Of a stretch of DNA of 64,000 bases, positions 1 through 14,600 are shown piece after piece (the stretch's first letter is position 1; the number at the start of each line of letters is the position of its first letter). Location of the stretch: NCBI GenBank assembly GCA_964016885.1, contig OZ024744.1, forward strand, positions 16,120,001-16,184,000, in the 5' to 3' direction. The DNA comes from Eledone cirrhosa. Lineage: Eukaryota. The notes below the pieces were generated by a model. The model was not told where the DNA came from, did no database searches, and saw only the letters and a program-made list of their open reading frames with translations. Made by a program: the position numbers and the translations under genes.

Positions 1-3000
1 TTGGAGGAGGAGAGTATGAAGGAAGTTGGAGAAGGAGAATCTGACGGATGTTGGAGAAGGAGAGTAGGAAAGAAGTTGGAGAAGGATAATATGAAGGAAG
101 TTGGTTAAGGAGAATATGAAGGAAGTTGAAGGAGGAGAATATTAAAGAAGTTGGAAAAGGAGAGTATGAAGGAAGTTGGAGAAAGAGAATCTAAAGGAAG
201 TTGGAGAAGGAGAGTATGAAGGAAGTTGGAGAAGGAGACTATGAAGGAAGTTGGAGAAGGAAAGTATGAAGGAAGTTGGAGAAGGAGAGTATGAAGGAAG
301 TTGGAGAAGGAGATTATGAAGGGAGTTGGAGAAGGCGAGTATGAAGGAAGTTGGAGAAGGAGCGTATGATGGAAGTTGGAGAAGGAGATTATGAAGGAAG
401 TTGAATAAGGAGAATATGAAGGATGTTGGAGAAGGAGAGTATGAAGGAAGTTGGAGAAGGAGAGTATGAAGGGGGCTGGAGGAGGAGAATATGAAGGAAG
501 TTGGAGAAGGAGAGTATGAAGGAAGTTGGGGAAGAAGGTATAAAGGAAGTTGGAGAAGGAGAGTCTGAAGGAAGGTGGAGATGGAGAGTATGAAGGAAGT
601 TGAAGAAGGAGAGTATGAAGGAAGTTGGAGAAGTAGAGTATGAAGGAAGTTGGAGATGGAGAGTATGAAGGAAGTTGAATAAGGAGAATATCAAGGAAGT
701 TGAAGAAGGAGAATATGAAGGAAGTTGGAGAAGGAGAGTATGAAGGAAGTTGAAGGAAGAAAATATGAAGGAAGTTGGAGAAGGAGAGTATGAAGGAAGT
801 TGGAGAAGGATACTATGAAGGAAGTTGGAGAAGGAAAGTATGAAGGAAGTTGGAGAAGGAGAGTATGAAGGAAGTTGGAGAAGGAGATTATGAAGGAAGT
901 TGAAGAAGGAGAATATGAAGGAAGTTGCAGAAGGATAATATGAAGGAAGTTGGAGAAGGAGAGTATGAAGGAAGTTGGAGAAGGCGAGTATGAAGGAAAT
1001 TGGAGAAGAAGAGTATGAAGGAGGTTGGAGGAGGAGAGTATGAAGGAAGTTGGAGAAGGAGAATATGAAGGAAATTGGAGAAGGAGCGTATGAAGGAAGT
1101 TGGAGAAAAAGAATATGAAGGAAGTTGTGGAAGAAGGTATGAAGGAAGTTGGAGAAGGAGAGTATGAAGAAAGTTGGAGAAGGAGAATATGAAGGAAGTT
1201 GAAGAAAGATAATATGAAGGAAGTTGGAGGAGGAGAATATGAAGGAAGTTGGAGAAGGAGAATATGAAGGAAGTTGGAGAAGGAAAATATGAAGGATGTT
1301 GGAGAAGGATAATATGAAAGAAGTTGGAGAAGGAGAGTATGAATGAAGTTGTAGAAGGAGCGTATGAAGGAAGTTGGAGAAGGAGATTATGAAGGAAGTT
1401 GGAGAAGGAGAGTATGAAGGAAGTTGCAGAAGGAGCGTATGAAGGAAGTTGGAGAAGGAGAGTATGAAGGAAGTTGAAGGAAGAAAATATGAAGGAAGTT
1501 GGAGGAGGAGAATATGAAGGAATTTGGAGAAGGAAAATATGAAGGATGTTGGAGAAGGATAATATGAAAGAAGTTGGAGAAGGAGAGTATGAAGAAAGTT
1601 GAATAAGGAGAATATGAAGGAAGTTGGAGAAGGAGAGTATGAAGGAAGTTGGAGAAGGAGAATATGAAGGAAGTTGGGGAAGAAGGTATGAAGGAAGTTG
1701 GAGAAGGAGAGTATGAAGGAAGTTGGAGAAGGAGAGTATGAAGGAAGTTGGAGAAGGAGAGTATGAAGTAAGTTGAAGAAGGAGAATAAGAAGGAAGTTG
1801 GAGAAGGAGAGTATGAAGGAAGTTGTAGGGGGAGAATATGAAGGAATTTGAAGAAGGAGAATCTGAAGGAAGTTGGAGAAAGAGAGTATGAAGGAAGTTG
1901 AAGGAGGAGAATATGAAGGAAGTTGAAGGAGGAGAATATGAACGAATTTGGAGAAGGAGAGTATGAAGGAAGATGGAGAAGGAGAATCTGAAGGAAGTTG
2001 GAGAAGGAGAGTATGAAGGAAGTTGAAGGAGAAGAATATGAAGGAAGTTGAAGAAAGAGAATCTGAATGAAGTTGGAGAAGGAGAGTATGAAGGACGTTG
2101 AAGAAGGAGAATCTGAAGGAAGTTGGAGAAGGAGAGTATGAAGGAAGTTGGGGGAGGAGAATATGAAGGAAGTTGAAGGAGGAGAATATGAACGAAGTTG
2201 AAGAAGGAGAATATGAAGGAAGTTGAAGGAGGAGAATATGAAGGAAGTTGAAGAAGGAGAATCAGAAGGAAGTTGGAGAAGGAGAGAATGAAGGAAGTTG
2301 AAGAAGGAGAATCTGAAAGAAGTTGGAGAAGGAGAGTATGAAGGAAGTTGGAGAAGGAGAATCTGAAGGAAGTTGGAGAAGGAGAGTATGAAGGAAGTTG
2401 AAGGTGAAGTATATGAAGGAAGATGATAAGGAGAATCTGAAGGAAGTTGGAGAAAAAGTGTATGAAGGAAGTTGGGGAAGAAGGTATGAAGGAAGTTGGA
2501 GAAGAAGAATATGAATTAAGTTGGGGAAGAAGGTATGAAAGAAGTTGGAGAAGGAGAATAGGAAGGAAGTTGAATGAGGAGAATATGAAGGAAGTTGAAG
2601 AAGGAAAATATGAAAGAAGTTGGAGAAGGAGAGTATGCAGCAAGTTAGAGAAGGAGAGTGTGATTGAAGTTGGAGAAGGAGAGTATGAAGGAAGTTGGAG
2701 AAGGAGAATATGAAGGAAGTTGGAAAAGGAGAGTATGAAGGAGGTTGGAGGAGGAGAGTATGAAAGAAGTTGGAGATGGAGAATATGAAGGAAGTTGGAG
2801 AAGGATAATATGAAGGAAGTTGGAGGAGGAGAGTATGAAGGAAGTTGGAGAAGGAGAATCTGACGGACGTTGGAGAAGGAGAGTAGGAAAGAAGTTGGAG
2901 AAGGATAATATGAAGGAAGTTGGATAAGGAGAATATGACGGAAGTTGAAGGAGGAGAATATTAAAGAAGTTGGAAAAGGAGAGTATAAAGGAAGTTGGAG

Positions 3001-3029
3001 AAAGAGAATCTGAAGGAAGTTGGAGAAGG

Positions 3030-6000
3030 AGAGTATGAAGGAAGTTGGAGAAGGAGACTATGAAGGAAGTTGGAGAAGGAAAGTATGAAGGAAGTTGGAG
3101 AAGGAGAGTATGAAGGAAGTTGGAGAAGGAGATTATGTAGGAAGTTGGAGAAGGAGAGTATGAAGGAAGTTGGAGAAGGAGCGTATGATGGAAGTTGGAG
3201 AAGGAGATTATGAAGGAAGTTGAATAAGGAGAATATGAAGGAAGTTGGAGAAGGAGAGTATGAAGGAAGTTGGAGAAGGAGAGTATGAAGGGGGCTGGAG
3301 GAGGAGAATATGAAGGAAGTTGGAGAAGGAGAGTATGAAGGAAGTTGGAGAAGTAGAATATGAAGGAAGTTGGGGAAGAAGGTATGAAGGAAGTTGGAGA
3401 AGGAGAGTGTGAAGGAAGTTGGAGATGGAGAGTATGAAGGAAGTTGAAGAAGGAGAGTATGAAGGAAGTTGGAGAAGTAGAGTATGAAGGAAGTTGGAGA
3501 TGGAGAGTATGAAGGAAGTTGAATAAGGAGAATATCAAGGAAGTTGGAGAATGAGAGTGTGATTGAAGTTGGATAAGAAGAGTATGAAGGAAGTTGGAGA
3601 AGGAGAATATGAAGGAAGTTGCAAAAGGAGAGTATGAAGGAGGTTGGAGGAGGAGAGTATGAAGGAAGTTGGAGATGGAGAATATGAAGGAAGTTGGAGA
3701 AGGATAATATGAAGGAAGTTGGAGAAGGAGTGTATGAAGGAAGTTGGAGAAGGAGAATATGAAGGAAGTTGAAGGAGGAGAATATGAAGGAAGTTGAAGA
3801 AGGAGAATATGAAGGAAGTTGGAGAAGGAGAGTATGAAGGAAGTTGAAGGAAGAAAATATGAAGGAAGTTGGAGAAGGAGAGTATGAAGTAAGTTGGAGA
3901 AGGAGAATATGAAGGAAGTTGAAGAAGGAGAATATGAAGGAAGTTGCAGAAGGATAATATGAAGGAAGTTGGAGAAGGAGAGTATGAAGGAAGTTGAAGG
4001 AAGAAAATATGAAGGAAGTTGGAGGAGGAGAATATGAAGGAAGTTGGAGAAGGAGAATATGAAGGAAGTTGGAGAAGGAAAATATGAAGGATGTTGGAGA
4101 AGGATAATATGAAAGAAGTTCGAGAAGGAGAGTATGAAGGAAGTTGGTGAAGGAGAGTATGAAGGAAGTTGGAGAAGGAGATTATGAAGGAAGTTGGAGA
4201 AGGAGAGTATGAAGGAAGTTGGAGAAGGAGAATATGAAGCAAGTTGGGGAAGAAGGTATGAAGGATGTTGGAAAAGGAGAGTATGAAGGAAGTTGGAGAA
4301 GGAGAATCTGAAGGAAGTTGGAGAAGGAGAGTATGAAGGATCTTGGAGAAGCAGAGTATGAAGAAAGTTGGAGAAGGAGGATAGGAATGAAGTTGTGGAA
4401 GAAGGTATGAAAGAAGTTGGAGAAGGAGAATATGAAGGAAGTTAAAGGAGGGGAATATGAAGGAGTTGAAGAAGGAAAATATGAAAGAAGTTGGAGAAGG
4501 AGAGTATGCAGGAAGTTAGAGAAGGAGAGTATGAAGGAAGTTGGAGATGGAGAGTATGAAGTAAGTTGAATAAGGAGAATATCAAGGAAGTTGGAGAAGG
4601 AGAGTGTGATTGAAGTTGGAGAAGGAGAGTATGAAGGAAGTTGGAGAAGGAGAATATGAAGGAAGTTGGAAAAGGAGAGTATGAAGGAGGTTGGGGGAGG
4701 AGAGTATGAAGGAAGTTGGAGATGGAGAATATGAAGGAAGTTGGAGAAGGATAATATGAGGGAAGTTGGAGAAGGAGTGTATGAAGGAAGTTGGAGAAGG
4801 AGAATATGAAGGAAGTTGAAGGAGGAGAATATTAAGGAAGTTGAAGAAGGAGGATATGAAGGAATTTGGAGAAGGAGAGTATGAAGGAAGTTGGAGAAGG
4901 AGAGTATGAAGGAAGTTGGAGAAGGAGAGTATGAAGGAGGTTGGAGGAGGAGAGTATGAAGGAAGTTAGAGAAGGAGAATATGAAGGAAGTTGAAGAAGG
5001 AGAGTATGAAGGAAGTTGGAGAAAAAGAACATGAAGGAAGGTGTGGAAGAAGGTATGAAGGAAGTTGGAGAAGGAGAGTATAAAGAAAGTTGGAGAAGGA
5101 GAGTATGAAGGAAGTTGAAGGAAGAAAATATGAAGGAATTTGGAGGAGGAGAATATGAAGGAAGTTGGATAAGGAGAATATGAAGGAAGTTGGAGAAGGA
5201 AAATATGAGGGATGTTGGACAAGGATAATATGAAGGAAGTTGGAGTAGGAGAATATGAAGGAAGTTGGGGAAGAAGGTATGAAGGAAGTTGGAGAAGGAG
5301 AGTATGAAGGAAGTTGGGGAAGAAGGTATGAAGGAAGTTGAAGAAGGAGAGTATGAAGGAAGTTGGAGAAGGAGATTATGAAGGAAGTTGGAGAAGGAGA
5401 GTATGAAGGAAGTTGAAGAAGGAGAATATGAAGGAAGTTGGAGAAGAAGAGTATGAAGGAAGTTGAAGGAGGAGAACATGAAGGAAGTTGAAGAAGGAGA
5501 ATCTGAAGGAAGTTGGAGAAGGAGAGTATGAAGGAAGTTGAAGGAGGAGAATATGAAGGAAGTTGAAGGAGGAGAATATGAACGAATTTGGAGAAGGAGA
5601 GTATGAAGGAAGTTGGAGAATGAGAATCTGAAGGAAGTTGGAGAAGGAGAGTATGAAGGAAGTTGGAGAAGGATAATATGAAGGAAGTTGGAGAAGCAGA
5701 GTATGAAGGATGTTGGAGAAGGAGAGTATGAAGGAAGTTGGAGAAGGAGAGTATGAAGGAAGTTTGAGAAGGAGAATATGAAGGAAGTTGGAGGAGGAGA
5801 GTATGAAGGAAGTTGGAGAAGGAGAATCTGACGGACGTTGGAGAAGGAGAGTAGGAAGGAAGTTGAAGGAGGAGAATATTAAAGAAGTTGGAAAAGGAGA
5901 GTATGAAGGAAGTTGGAGAAAGAGAATCTGAAGGAAGTTGGAGAAGGAGAGTATGAAGGAAGTTGGAGAAGGAGATTATGAAGGAAGTTGGAGAAGGCGA

Positions 6001-9000
6001 GTATGAAGGAAGTTGGAGAAGGAGCGTATGATGGAAGTTGGAGAAGGAGATTATGAAGGAAGTTGAATAAGGAGAATATGAAGGAAGTTGGAGGAGAGTA
6101 TGAAGGAAGTTGGAGAAGGAGAGTATGAAGGGGGCTGGAGGAGGAGAATATGAAGGAAGTTGGAGAAGGAGAGTATGAAGGAAGTTGGAGAAGTAGAATA
6201 TGAAGGAAGTTGGGGAAGAAGGTATAAAGGAAGTTGGAGAAGGAGAGTCTGAAGGATGTTGGAGATGGAGAGTATGAAGGAAGTTGAAGAAGGAGAGTAT
6301 GAAGGAAGTTGGAGAAGTAGAGTATGAAGGAAGTTGGAGATGGAGAGTATGAAGGAAGTTGAATAAGGAGAATATCAAGCAAGTTGAAGAAGGAGAATAT
6401 GAAGGAAGTTGGAGAAGGAGAGTATGAAGGAAGTTGAAGGAAGAAAATATGAAGGAAGTTGGAGAAGGAGAGTATGAAGGAAGTTGGAGAAGGAGACTAT
6501 GAAGGAAGTTGGAGAAGGAAAGTATGAAGGAAGTTGGAGAAGGAGAGTATGAAGGAAGTTGGAGAAGGAGATTATGAAGGAAGTTGAAGAAGGAGAATAT
6601 GAAGGAAGTTGCAGAAGGATAATATGAAGGAAGTTGGAGAAGGAGAGTATGAACGAAGTTGGAGGAGGAGAGTATGAAGGAAGTTGGAGAAGGAGAATAT
6701 GAAGGAAATTGGAGAAGGAGCGTATGAAGGAAGTTGGAGAAAAAGAATATGAAGGAAGTTGTGGAAGAAGGTATGAAGGAAGTTGGAGAAGGAGAGTATG
6801 AAGAAAGTTGGAGAAGGAGAGTATGAACGAAGTTGAAGGAAGAAAATATGAAGGAAGTTGGAGGAGGAGAATATGAAGGAAGTTGGAGAAGGAGAATATG
6901 AAGGAAGTTGGAGAAGGATAATATGAAAGAAGTTGGAGAAGGAGAGTATGAAGGAAGTTGTAGAAGGAGCGTATGAAGGAAGTTGGAGAAGGAGATTATG
7001 AAGGAAGTTGGAAAAGGAGAGTATGAAGGAAGTTGCAGAAGGAGCGTATGAAGGAAGTTGGAGGAGGAGAATATGAAGGAATTTGGAGAAGGAAAATATG
7101 AAGGATGTTGGAGAAGGATAATATGAAAGAAGTTGGAGAATGAGAGTATGAAGAAAGTTGAATAAGGAGAATATGAAGGAAGTTGGAGAAGGAGAGTATG
7201 AAGGAAGTTGGAGAAGGAGAATATGAAGGAAGTTGGGGAAGAAGGTATGAAGGAAGTTGGAGAAGGAGAGTATGAAGGAAGTTGGAGAAGGAGACTATGA
7301 AGGAAGTTGGAGAAGGAAAGTATGAAGGAAGTTGGAGAAGGAGAGTATGAAGGAAGTTGGAGAAGGAGATTATGTAGGAAGTTGGAGAAGGAGAGTATGA
7401 AGGAAGTTGGAGAAGGAGCGTATGATGGAAGTTGGAGAAGGAGATTATGAAGGAAGTTGAATAAGGAGAATATGAAGGAAGTTGGAGAAGGAGAGTATGA
7501 AGGAAGTTGGAGAAGGAGAGTATGAAGGGGGCTGGAGGAGGAGAATATGAAGGAAGTTGGAGAAGGAGAGTATGAAGGAAGTTGGAGAAGTAGAATATGA
7601 AGGAAGTTGGGGAAGAAGGTATGAAGGAAGTTGGAGAAGGAGAGTGTGAAGGAAGTTGGAGATGGAGAGTATGAAGGAAGTTGAAGAAGGAGAGTATGAA
7701 GGAAGTTGGAGAAGTAGAGTATGAAGGAAGTTGGAGATGGAGAGTATGAAGGAAGTTGAATAAGGAGAATATCAAGGAAGTTGGAGAATGAGAGTGTGAT
7801 TGAAGTTGGAGAAGGAGAATATGAAGGAAGTTGCAAAAGGAGAGTATGAAGGAGGTTGGAGGAGGAGAGTATGAAGGAAGTTGGAGATGGAGAATATGAA
7901 GGAAGTTGGAGAAGGATAATATGAAGGAAGTTGGAGAAGGAGTGTATGAAGGAAGTTGGAGAAGGAGAATATGAAGGAAGTTGAAGGAGGAGAATATGAA
8001 GGAAGTTGAAGAAGGAGAATATGAAGGAAGTTGGAGAAGGAGAGTATGAAGGAAGTTGAAGGAAGAAAATATGAAGGAAGTTGGAGAAGGAGAGTATGAA
8101 GGAAGTTGGAGAAGGAGAATATGAAGGAAGTTGAAGAAGGAGAATATGAAGGAAGTTGCAGAAGGATAATATGAAGGAAGTTGGAGAAGGAGAGTATGAA
8201 GGAAGTTGAAGGAAGAAAATATGAAGGAAGTTGGAGGAGGAGAATATGAAGGAAGTTGGAGAAGGAGAATATGAAGGAAGTTGGAGAAGGAAAATATGAA
8301 GGATGTTGGAGAAGGATAATATGAAAGAAGTTCGAGAAGGAGAGTATGAAGGAAGTTGGTGAAGGAGAGTATGAAGGAAGTTGGAGAAGGAGATTATGAA
8401 GGAAGTTGGAGAAGGAGAGTATGAAGGAAGTTGGAGAAGGAGAATATGAAGCAAGTTGGGGAAGAAGGTATGAAGGATGTTGGAAAAGGAGAGTATGAAG
8501 GAAGTTGGAGAAGGAGAATCTGAAGGAAGTTGGAGAAGGAGAGTATGAAGGATCTTGGAGAAGCAGAGTATGAAGAAAGTTGGAGAAGGAGGATAGGAAT
8601 GAAGTTGTGGAAGAAGGTATGAAAGAAGTTGGAGAAGGAGAATATGAAGGAAGTTAAAGGAGGGGAATATGAAGGAGTTGAAGAAGGAAAATATGAAAGA
8701 AGTTGGAGAAGGAGAGTATGCAGGAAGTTAGAGAAGGAGAGTATGAAGGAAGTTGGAGATGGAGAGTATGAAGTAAGTTGAATAAGGAGAATATCAAGGA
8801 AGTTGGAGAAGGAGAGTGTGATTGAAGTTGGAGAAGGAGAGTATGAAGGAAGTTGGAGAAGGAGAATATGAAGGAAGTTGGAAAAGGAGAGTATGAAGGA
8901 GGTTGGGGGAGGAGAGTATGAAGGAAGTTGGAGATGGAGAATATGAAGGAAGTTGGAGAAGGATAATATGAGGGAAGTTGGAGAAGGAGTGTATGAAGGA

Positions 9001-11000
9001 AGTTGGAGAAGGAGAATATGAAGGAAGTTGAAGGAGGAGAATATTAAGGAAGTTGAAGAAGGAGGATATGAAGGAATTTGGAGAAGGAGAGTATGAAGGA
9101 AGTTGGAGAAGGAGAGTATGAAGGAAGTTGGAGAAGGAGAGTATGAAGGAGGTTGGAGGAGGAGAGTATGAAGGAAGTTAGAGAAGGAGAATATGAAGGA
9201 AGTTGAAGAAGGAGAGTATGAAGGAAGTTGGAGAAAAAGAACATGAAGGAAGGTGTGGAAGAAGGTATGAAGGAAGTTGGAGAAGGAGAGTATAAAGAAA
9301 GTTGGAGAAGGAGAGTATGAAGGAAGTTGAAGGAAGAAAATATGAAGGAATTTGGAGGAGGAGAATATGAAGGAAGTTGGATAAGGAGAATATGAAGGAA
9401 GTTGGAGAAGGAAAATATGAGGGATGTTGGACAAGGATAATATGAAGGAAGTTGGAGTAGGAGAATATGAAGGAAGTTGGGGAAGAAGGTATGAAGGAAG
9501 TTGGAGAAGGAGAGTATGAAGGAAGTTGGGGAAGAAGGTATGAAGGAAGTTGAAGAAGGAGAGTATGAAGGAAGTTGGAGAAGGAGATTATGAAGGAAGT
9601 TGGAGAAGGAGAGTATGAAGGAAGTTGAAGAAGGAGAATATGAAGGAAGTTGGAGAAGAAGAGTATGAAGGAAGTTGAAGGAGGAGAACATGAAGGAAGT
9701 TGAAGAAGGAGAATCTGAAGGAAGTTGGAGAAGGAGAGTATGAAGGAAGTTGAAGGAGGAGAATATGAAGGAAGTTGAAGGAGGAGAATATGAACGAATT
9801 TGGAGAAGGAGAGTATGAAGGAAGTTGGAGAATGAGAATCTGAAGGAAGTTGGAGAAGGAGAGTATGAAGGAAGTTGGAGAAGGATAATATGAAGGAAGT
9901 TGGAGAAGCAGAGTATGAAGGATGTTGGAGAAGGAGAGTATGAAGGAAGTTGGAGAAGGAGAGTATGAAGGAAGTTTGAGAAGGAGAATATGAAGGAAGT
10001 TGGAGGAGGAGAGTATGAAGGAAGTTGGAGAAGGAGAATCTGACGGACGTTGGAGAAGGAGAGTAGGAAGGAAGTTGAAGGAGGAGAATATTAAAGAAGT
10101 TGGAAAAGGAGAGTATGAAGGAAGTTGGAGAAAGAGAATCTGAAGGAAGTTGGAGAAGGAGAGTATGAAGGAAGTTGGAGAAGGAGATTATGAAGGAAGT
10201 TGGAGAAGGCGAGTATGAAGGAAGTTGGAGAAGGAGCGTATGATGGAAGTTGGAGAAGGAGATTATGAAGGAAGTTGAATAAGGAGAATATGAAGGAAGT
10301 TGGAGGAGAGTATGAAGGAAGTTGGAGAAGGAGAGTATGAAGGGGGCTGGAGGAGGAGAATATGAAGGAAGTTGGAGAAGGAGAGTATGAAGGAAGTTGG
10401 AGAAGTAGAATATGAAGGAAGTTGGGGAAGAAGGTATAAAGGAAGTTGGAGAAGGAGAGTCTGAAGGATGTTGGAGATGGAGAGTATGAAGGAAGTTGAA
10501 GAAGGAGAGTATGAAGGAAGTTGGAGAAGTAGAGTATGAAGGAAGTTGGAGATGGAGAGTATGAAGGAAGTTGAATAAGGAGAATATCAAGCAAGTTGAA
10601 GAAGGAGAATATGAAGGAAGTTGGAGAAGGAGAGTATGAAGGAAGTTGAAGGAAGAAAATATGAAGGAAGTTGGAGAAGGAGAGTATGAAGGAAGTTGGA
10701 GAAGGAGACTATGAAGGAAGTTGGAGAAGGAAAGTATGAAGGAAGTTGGAGAAGGAGAGTATGAAGGAAGTTGGAGAAGGAGATTATGAAGGAAGTTGAA
10801 GAAGGAGAATATGAAGGAAGTTGCAGAAGGATAATATGAAGGAAGTTGGAGAAGGAGAGTATGAACGAAGTTGGAGGAGGAGAGTATGAAGGAAGTTGGA
10901 GAAGGAGAATATGAAGGAAATTGGAGAAGGAGCGTATGAAGGAAGTTGGAGAAAAAGAATATGAAGGAAGTTGTGGAGAAGGTATGAAGGAAGTTGGAGA
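3030..11000 (+). repeat. About 4.2-kb direct segmental duplication within the array (about 3030-6800 vs about 7270-11000; offset 4237 then 4212)
   Basis: Identical ORF translations at 4182..5222/8394..9434, 4832..5479/9044..9691 and 5879..6382/10091..10594 all have offset 4212. Markers TAGGAATGAAGTTGTGG (4382/8594) and CTGACGGAC (5828/10040) agree. The offset is 4237 upstream of about 3570, where copy 1 has one extra monomer. Confidence 0.92.
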
Positions 11001-11656
11001 AGGAGAGTATGAAGAAAGTTGGAGAAGGAGAGTATGAACGAAGTTGAAGGAAGAAAATATGAAGGAAGTTGGAGGAGGAGAATATGAAGGAAGTTGGAGA
11101 AGGAGAATATGAAGGAAGTTGGAGAAGGATAATATGAAAGAAGTTGGAGAAGGAGAGTATGAAGGAAGTTGTAGAAGGAGCGTATGAAGGAAGTTGGAGA
11201 AGGAGATTATGAAGGAAGTTGGAAAAGGAGAGTATGAAGGAAGTTGCAGAAGGAGCGTATGAAGGAAGTTGGAGGAGGAGAATATGAAGGAATTTGGAGA
11301 AGGAAAATATGAAGGATGTTGGAGAGGGATAATATGAAAGAAGTTGGAGAATGAGAGTATGAAGAAAGTTGAATAAGGAGAATATGAAGGAAGTTGGAGA
11401 AGGAGAGTATGAAGGAAGTTGGAGAAGGAGAATATGAAGGAAGTTGGGGAAGAAGGTATGAAGGAAGTTGGAGAAGGAGAGTATGAAGGAAGTTGGAGAA
11501 GCAGAGTATGAAGGAAGTTGGAGAAGGAGAGTATGAAGTAAGTTGAAGAAGGAGAATAAGAAGGAAGTTGGAGAAGGAGAGTATGAAGGAAGTTGTAGGA
11601 GGAGAATATGAAGGAATTTGAAGAAGGAGAATCTGAAGGAAGTTGGAGAAAGAGAG

Positions 11657-14600
11657 TATGAAGGAAGTTGAAGGAGGAGAATATGAAGGAAGTTGAAGGA
11701 GGAGAATATGAAGGAAGTTGAAGAAAGAGAATCTGAAGGAAGTTGGAGAAGGAGAGTATGAAGGACGTTGAAGAAGGAGAATCTGAAGGAAGTTGGAGAA
11801 GGAGAGTATGAAGGAAGTTGGGGGAGGAGAATATGAAGGAAGTTGAAGGAGGAGAATACGAACGAAGTTGAAGAAGGAGAATATGAAGGAAGTTGAAGGA
11901 GGAGAATATGAAGGAAGTTGAAGAAGGAGAATCTGAAAGAAGTTGGAGAAGGAGAGTATGAAGGAAGTTGGAGAAGGAGAATCTGAAGGAAGTTGGAGAA
12001 GGAGAGTATGAAGGAAGTTGAAGGTGAAGTATATGAAGGAAGTTGAAGAAGGAGAATCTGAAGGAAGTTGGAGAAAATGAGTATGAAGGAAGTTGGGGAA
12101 GAAGGTATGAAGGAAGTTGGAGAAGAAGAATATGAATTAAGTTGGGGAAGAAGGTATGAAAGAAGTTGGAGAAGGAGAATATGAAGGAAGTTGAATGAGG
12201 AGAATATGAAGGAAGTTGAAGAAGAATATGAAAGAAGTTGGAGAAGGAGAGTATGCAGGAAGTTAGAAAAGGAGAGTGTGATTGAAGTTGGAGAAGGAGA
12301 GTATGAAGGAAGTTGGAGAAGGAGAATATGAAGGAAGTTGGAAAAGGAGAGTAAGAAGGAGGTTGGAGGAGGAGAGTATGAAAGAAGTTGGAGATGGAGA
12401 ATATGAAGGAAGTTGGAGAAGGATAATATGAAGGAAGTTGGAGGAGGAGAGTATGAAGGAAGTTGGAGAAGGAGAATCTGACGGACGTTGGAGAAGGAGA
12501 GTAGGAAAGAAGTTGGAGAAGGAAAATATGAAGGAAGTTGGATAAGGAGAATATGACGGAAGTTGAAGGAGGAGAATATTAAAGAAGTTGGAAAAGGAGA
12601 GTATGAAGGAAGTTGGAGAAAGAGAATCTGAAGGAAGTTGGAGAAGGAAAGTATGAAGGAAGTTGGAGAAGGAGAGTATGAAGGAAGTTGGAGAAGGAGC
12701 TTATGTAGGAAGTTGGAGAAGGAGAGTATGAAGGAAGTTGGAGAAGGAGCGTATGATGGAAGTTGGAGAAGGAGATTATGAAGGAAGTTGAATAAGGAGA
12801 ATATGAAGGAAGTTGGAGAAGGAGAGTGTGAAGGAAATTGGAGAAGGAGAGTATGAAGGGGGCTGGAGGAGCAGAATATGAAGGAAGTTGGAGAAGGAGA
12901 GTATGAAGGAAGTTGGAGAAGTAGAATATGAAGGAAGTTGGGGAAGAAGGTATGAAGGAAGTTGGAGAAGGAGAGTATGAAGGAAGTTGGAGATGGAGAG
13001 TATGAAGGAAGTTGGTGAAGTAGAGTATGAAGGAAGTTGAATAAGGAGAATATCAAGGAAGTTGGAGAAGGAGAGTGTGATTGAAGTTGGAGAAGAAGAG
13101 TATGAAGGAAGTTGGAGAAGGAGAATATGAAGGAAGTTGGAAAAGTAGAGTATGAAGGAGGTTGGAGGAGGAGAGTATGAAGGAAGTTGGAGATGGAGAA
13201 TATGAAGGAAGTTGGAGAAGGATAATATGAAGGAAGTTGGAGAAGGAGTGTATGAAGGAAGTTGAAGGAGGAGAATATGAAGGAAGTTGAAGGAGGAGAA
13301 TATGAAGGAAGTTGAAGAAAGAGAATCTGAAGGAAGTTGGAGAAGGAGAGTATGAAGGACGTTGAAGAAGGAGAATCTGAAGGAAGTTGGAGAAGGAGAG
13401 TATGAAGGAAGTTGGGGGAGGAGAATATGAAGGAAGTTGAAGGAGGAGAATACGAACGAAGTTGAAGAAGGAGAATATGAAGGAAGTTGAAGGAGGAGAA
13501 TATGAAGGAAGTTGAAGAAGGAGAATCTGAAAGAAGTTGGAGAAGGAGAGTATGAAGGAAGTTGGAGAAGGAGAATCTGAAGGAAGTTGGAGAAGGAGAG
13601 TATGAAGGAAGTTGAAGGTGAAGTATATGAAGGAAGTTGAAGAAGGAGAATCTGAAGGAAGTTGGAGAAAATGAGTATGAAGGAAGTTGGGGAAGAAGGT
13701 ATGAAGGAAGTTGGAGAAGAAGAATATGAATTAAGTTGGGGAAGAAGGTATGAAAGAAGTTGGAGAAGGAGAATATGAAGGAAGTTGAATGAGGAGAATA
13801 TGAAGGAAGTTGAAGAAGAATATGAAAGAAGTTGGAGAAGGAGAGTATGCAGGAAGTTAGAAAAGGAGAGTGTGATTGAAGTTGGAGAAGGAGAGTATGA
13901 AGGAAGTTGGAGAAGGAGAATATGAAGGAAGTTGGAAAAGGAGAGTAAGAAGGAGGTTGGAGGAGGAGAGTATGAAAGAAGTTGGAGATGGAGAATATGA
14001 AGGAAGTTGGAGAAGGATAATATGAAGGAAGTTGGAGGAGGAGAGTATGAAGGAAGTTGGAGAAGGAGAATCTGACGGACGTTGGAGAAGGAGAGTAGGA
14101 AAGAAGTTGGAGAAGGAAAATATGAAGGAAGTTGGATAAGGAGAATATGACGGAAGTTGAAGGAGGAGAATATTAAAGAAGTTGGAAAAGGAGAGTATGA
14201 AGGAAGTTGGAGAAAGAGAATCTGAAGGAAGTTGGAGAAGGAAAGTATGAAGGAAGTTGGAGAAGGAGAGTATGAAGGAAGTTGGAGAAGGAGCTTATGT
14301 AGGAAGTTGGAGAAGGAGAGTATGAAGGAAGTTGGAGAAGGAGCGTATGATGGAAGTTGGAGAAGGAGATTATGAAGGAAGTTGAATAAGGAGAATATGA
14401 AGGAAGTTGGAGAAGGAGAGTGTGAAGGAAATTGGAGAAGGAGAGTATGAAGGGGGCTGGAGGAGCAGAATATGAAGGAAGTTGGAGAAGGAGAGTATGA
14501 AGGAAGTTGGAGAAGTAGAATATGAAGGAAGTTGGGGAAGAAGGTATGAAGGAAGTTGGAGAAGGAGAGTATGAAGGAAGTTGGAGATGGAGAGTATGAA

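Noticed and set aside
2447-2713. 88-aa plus-strand E/R/G-rich ORF
   Set aside because: Chance avoidance of the recurring TGA, caused by 24-bp units and point variants. It is just the translated satellite.
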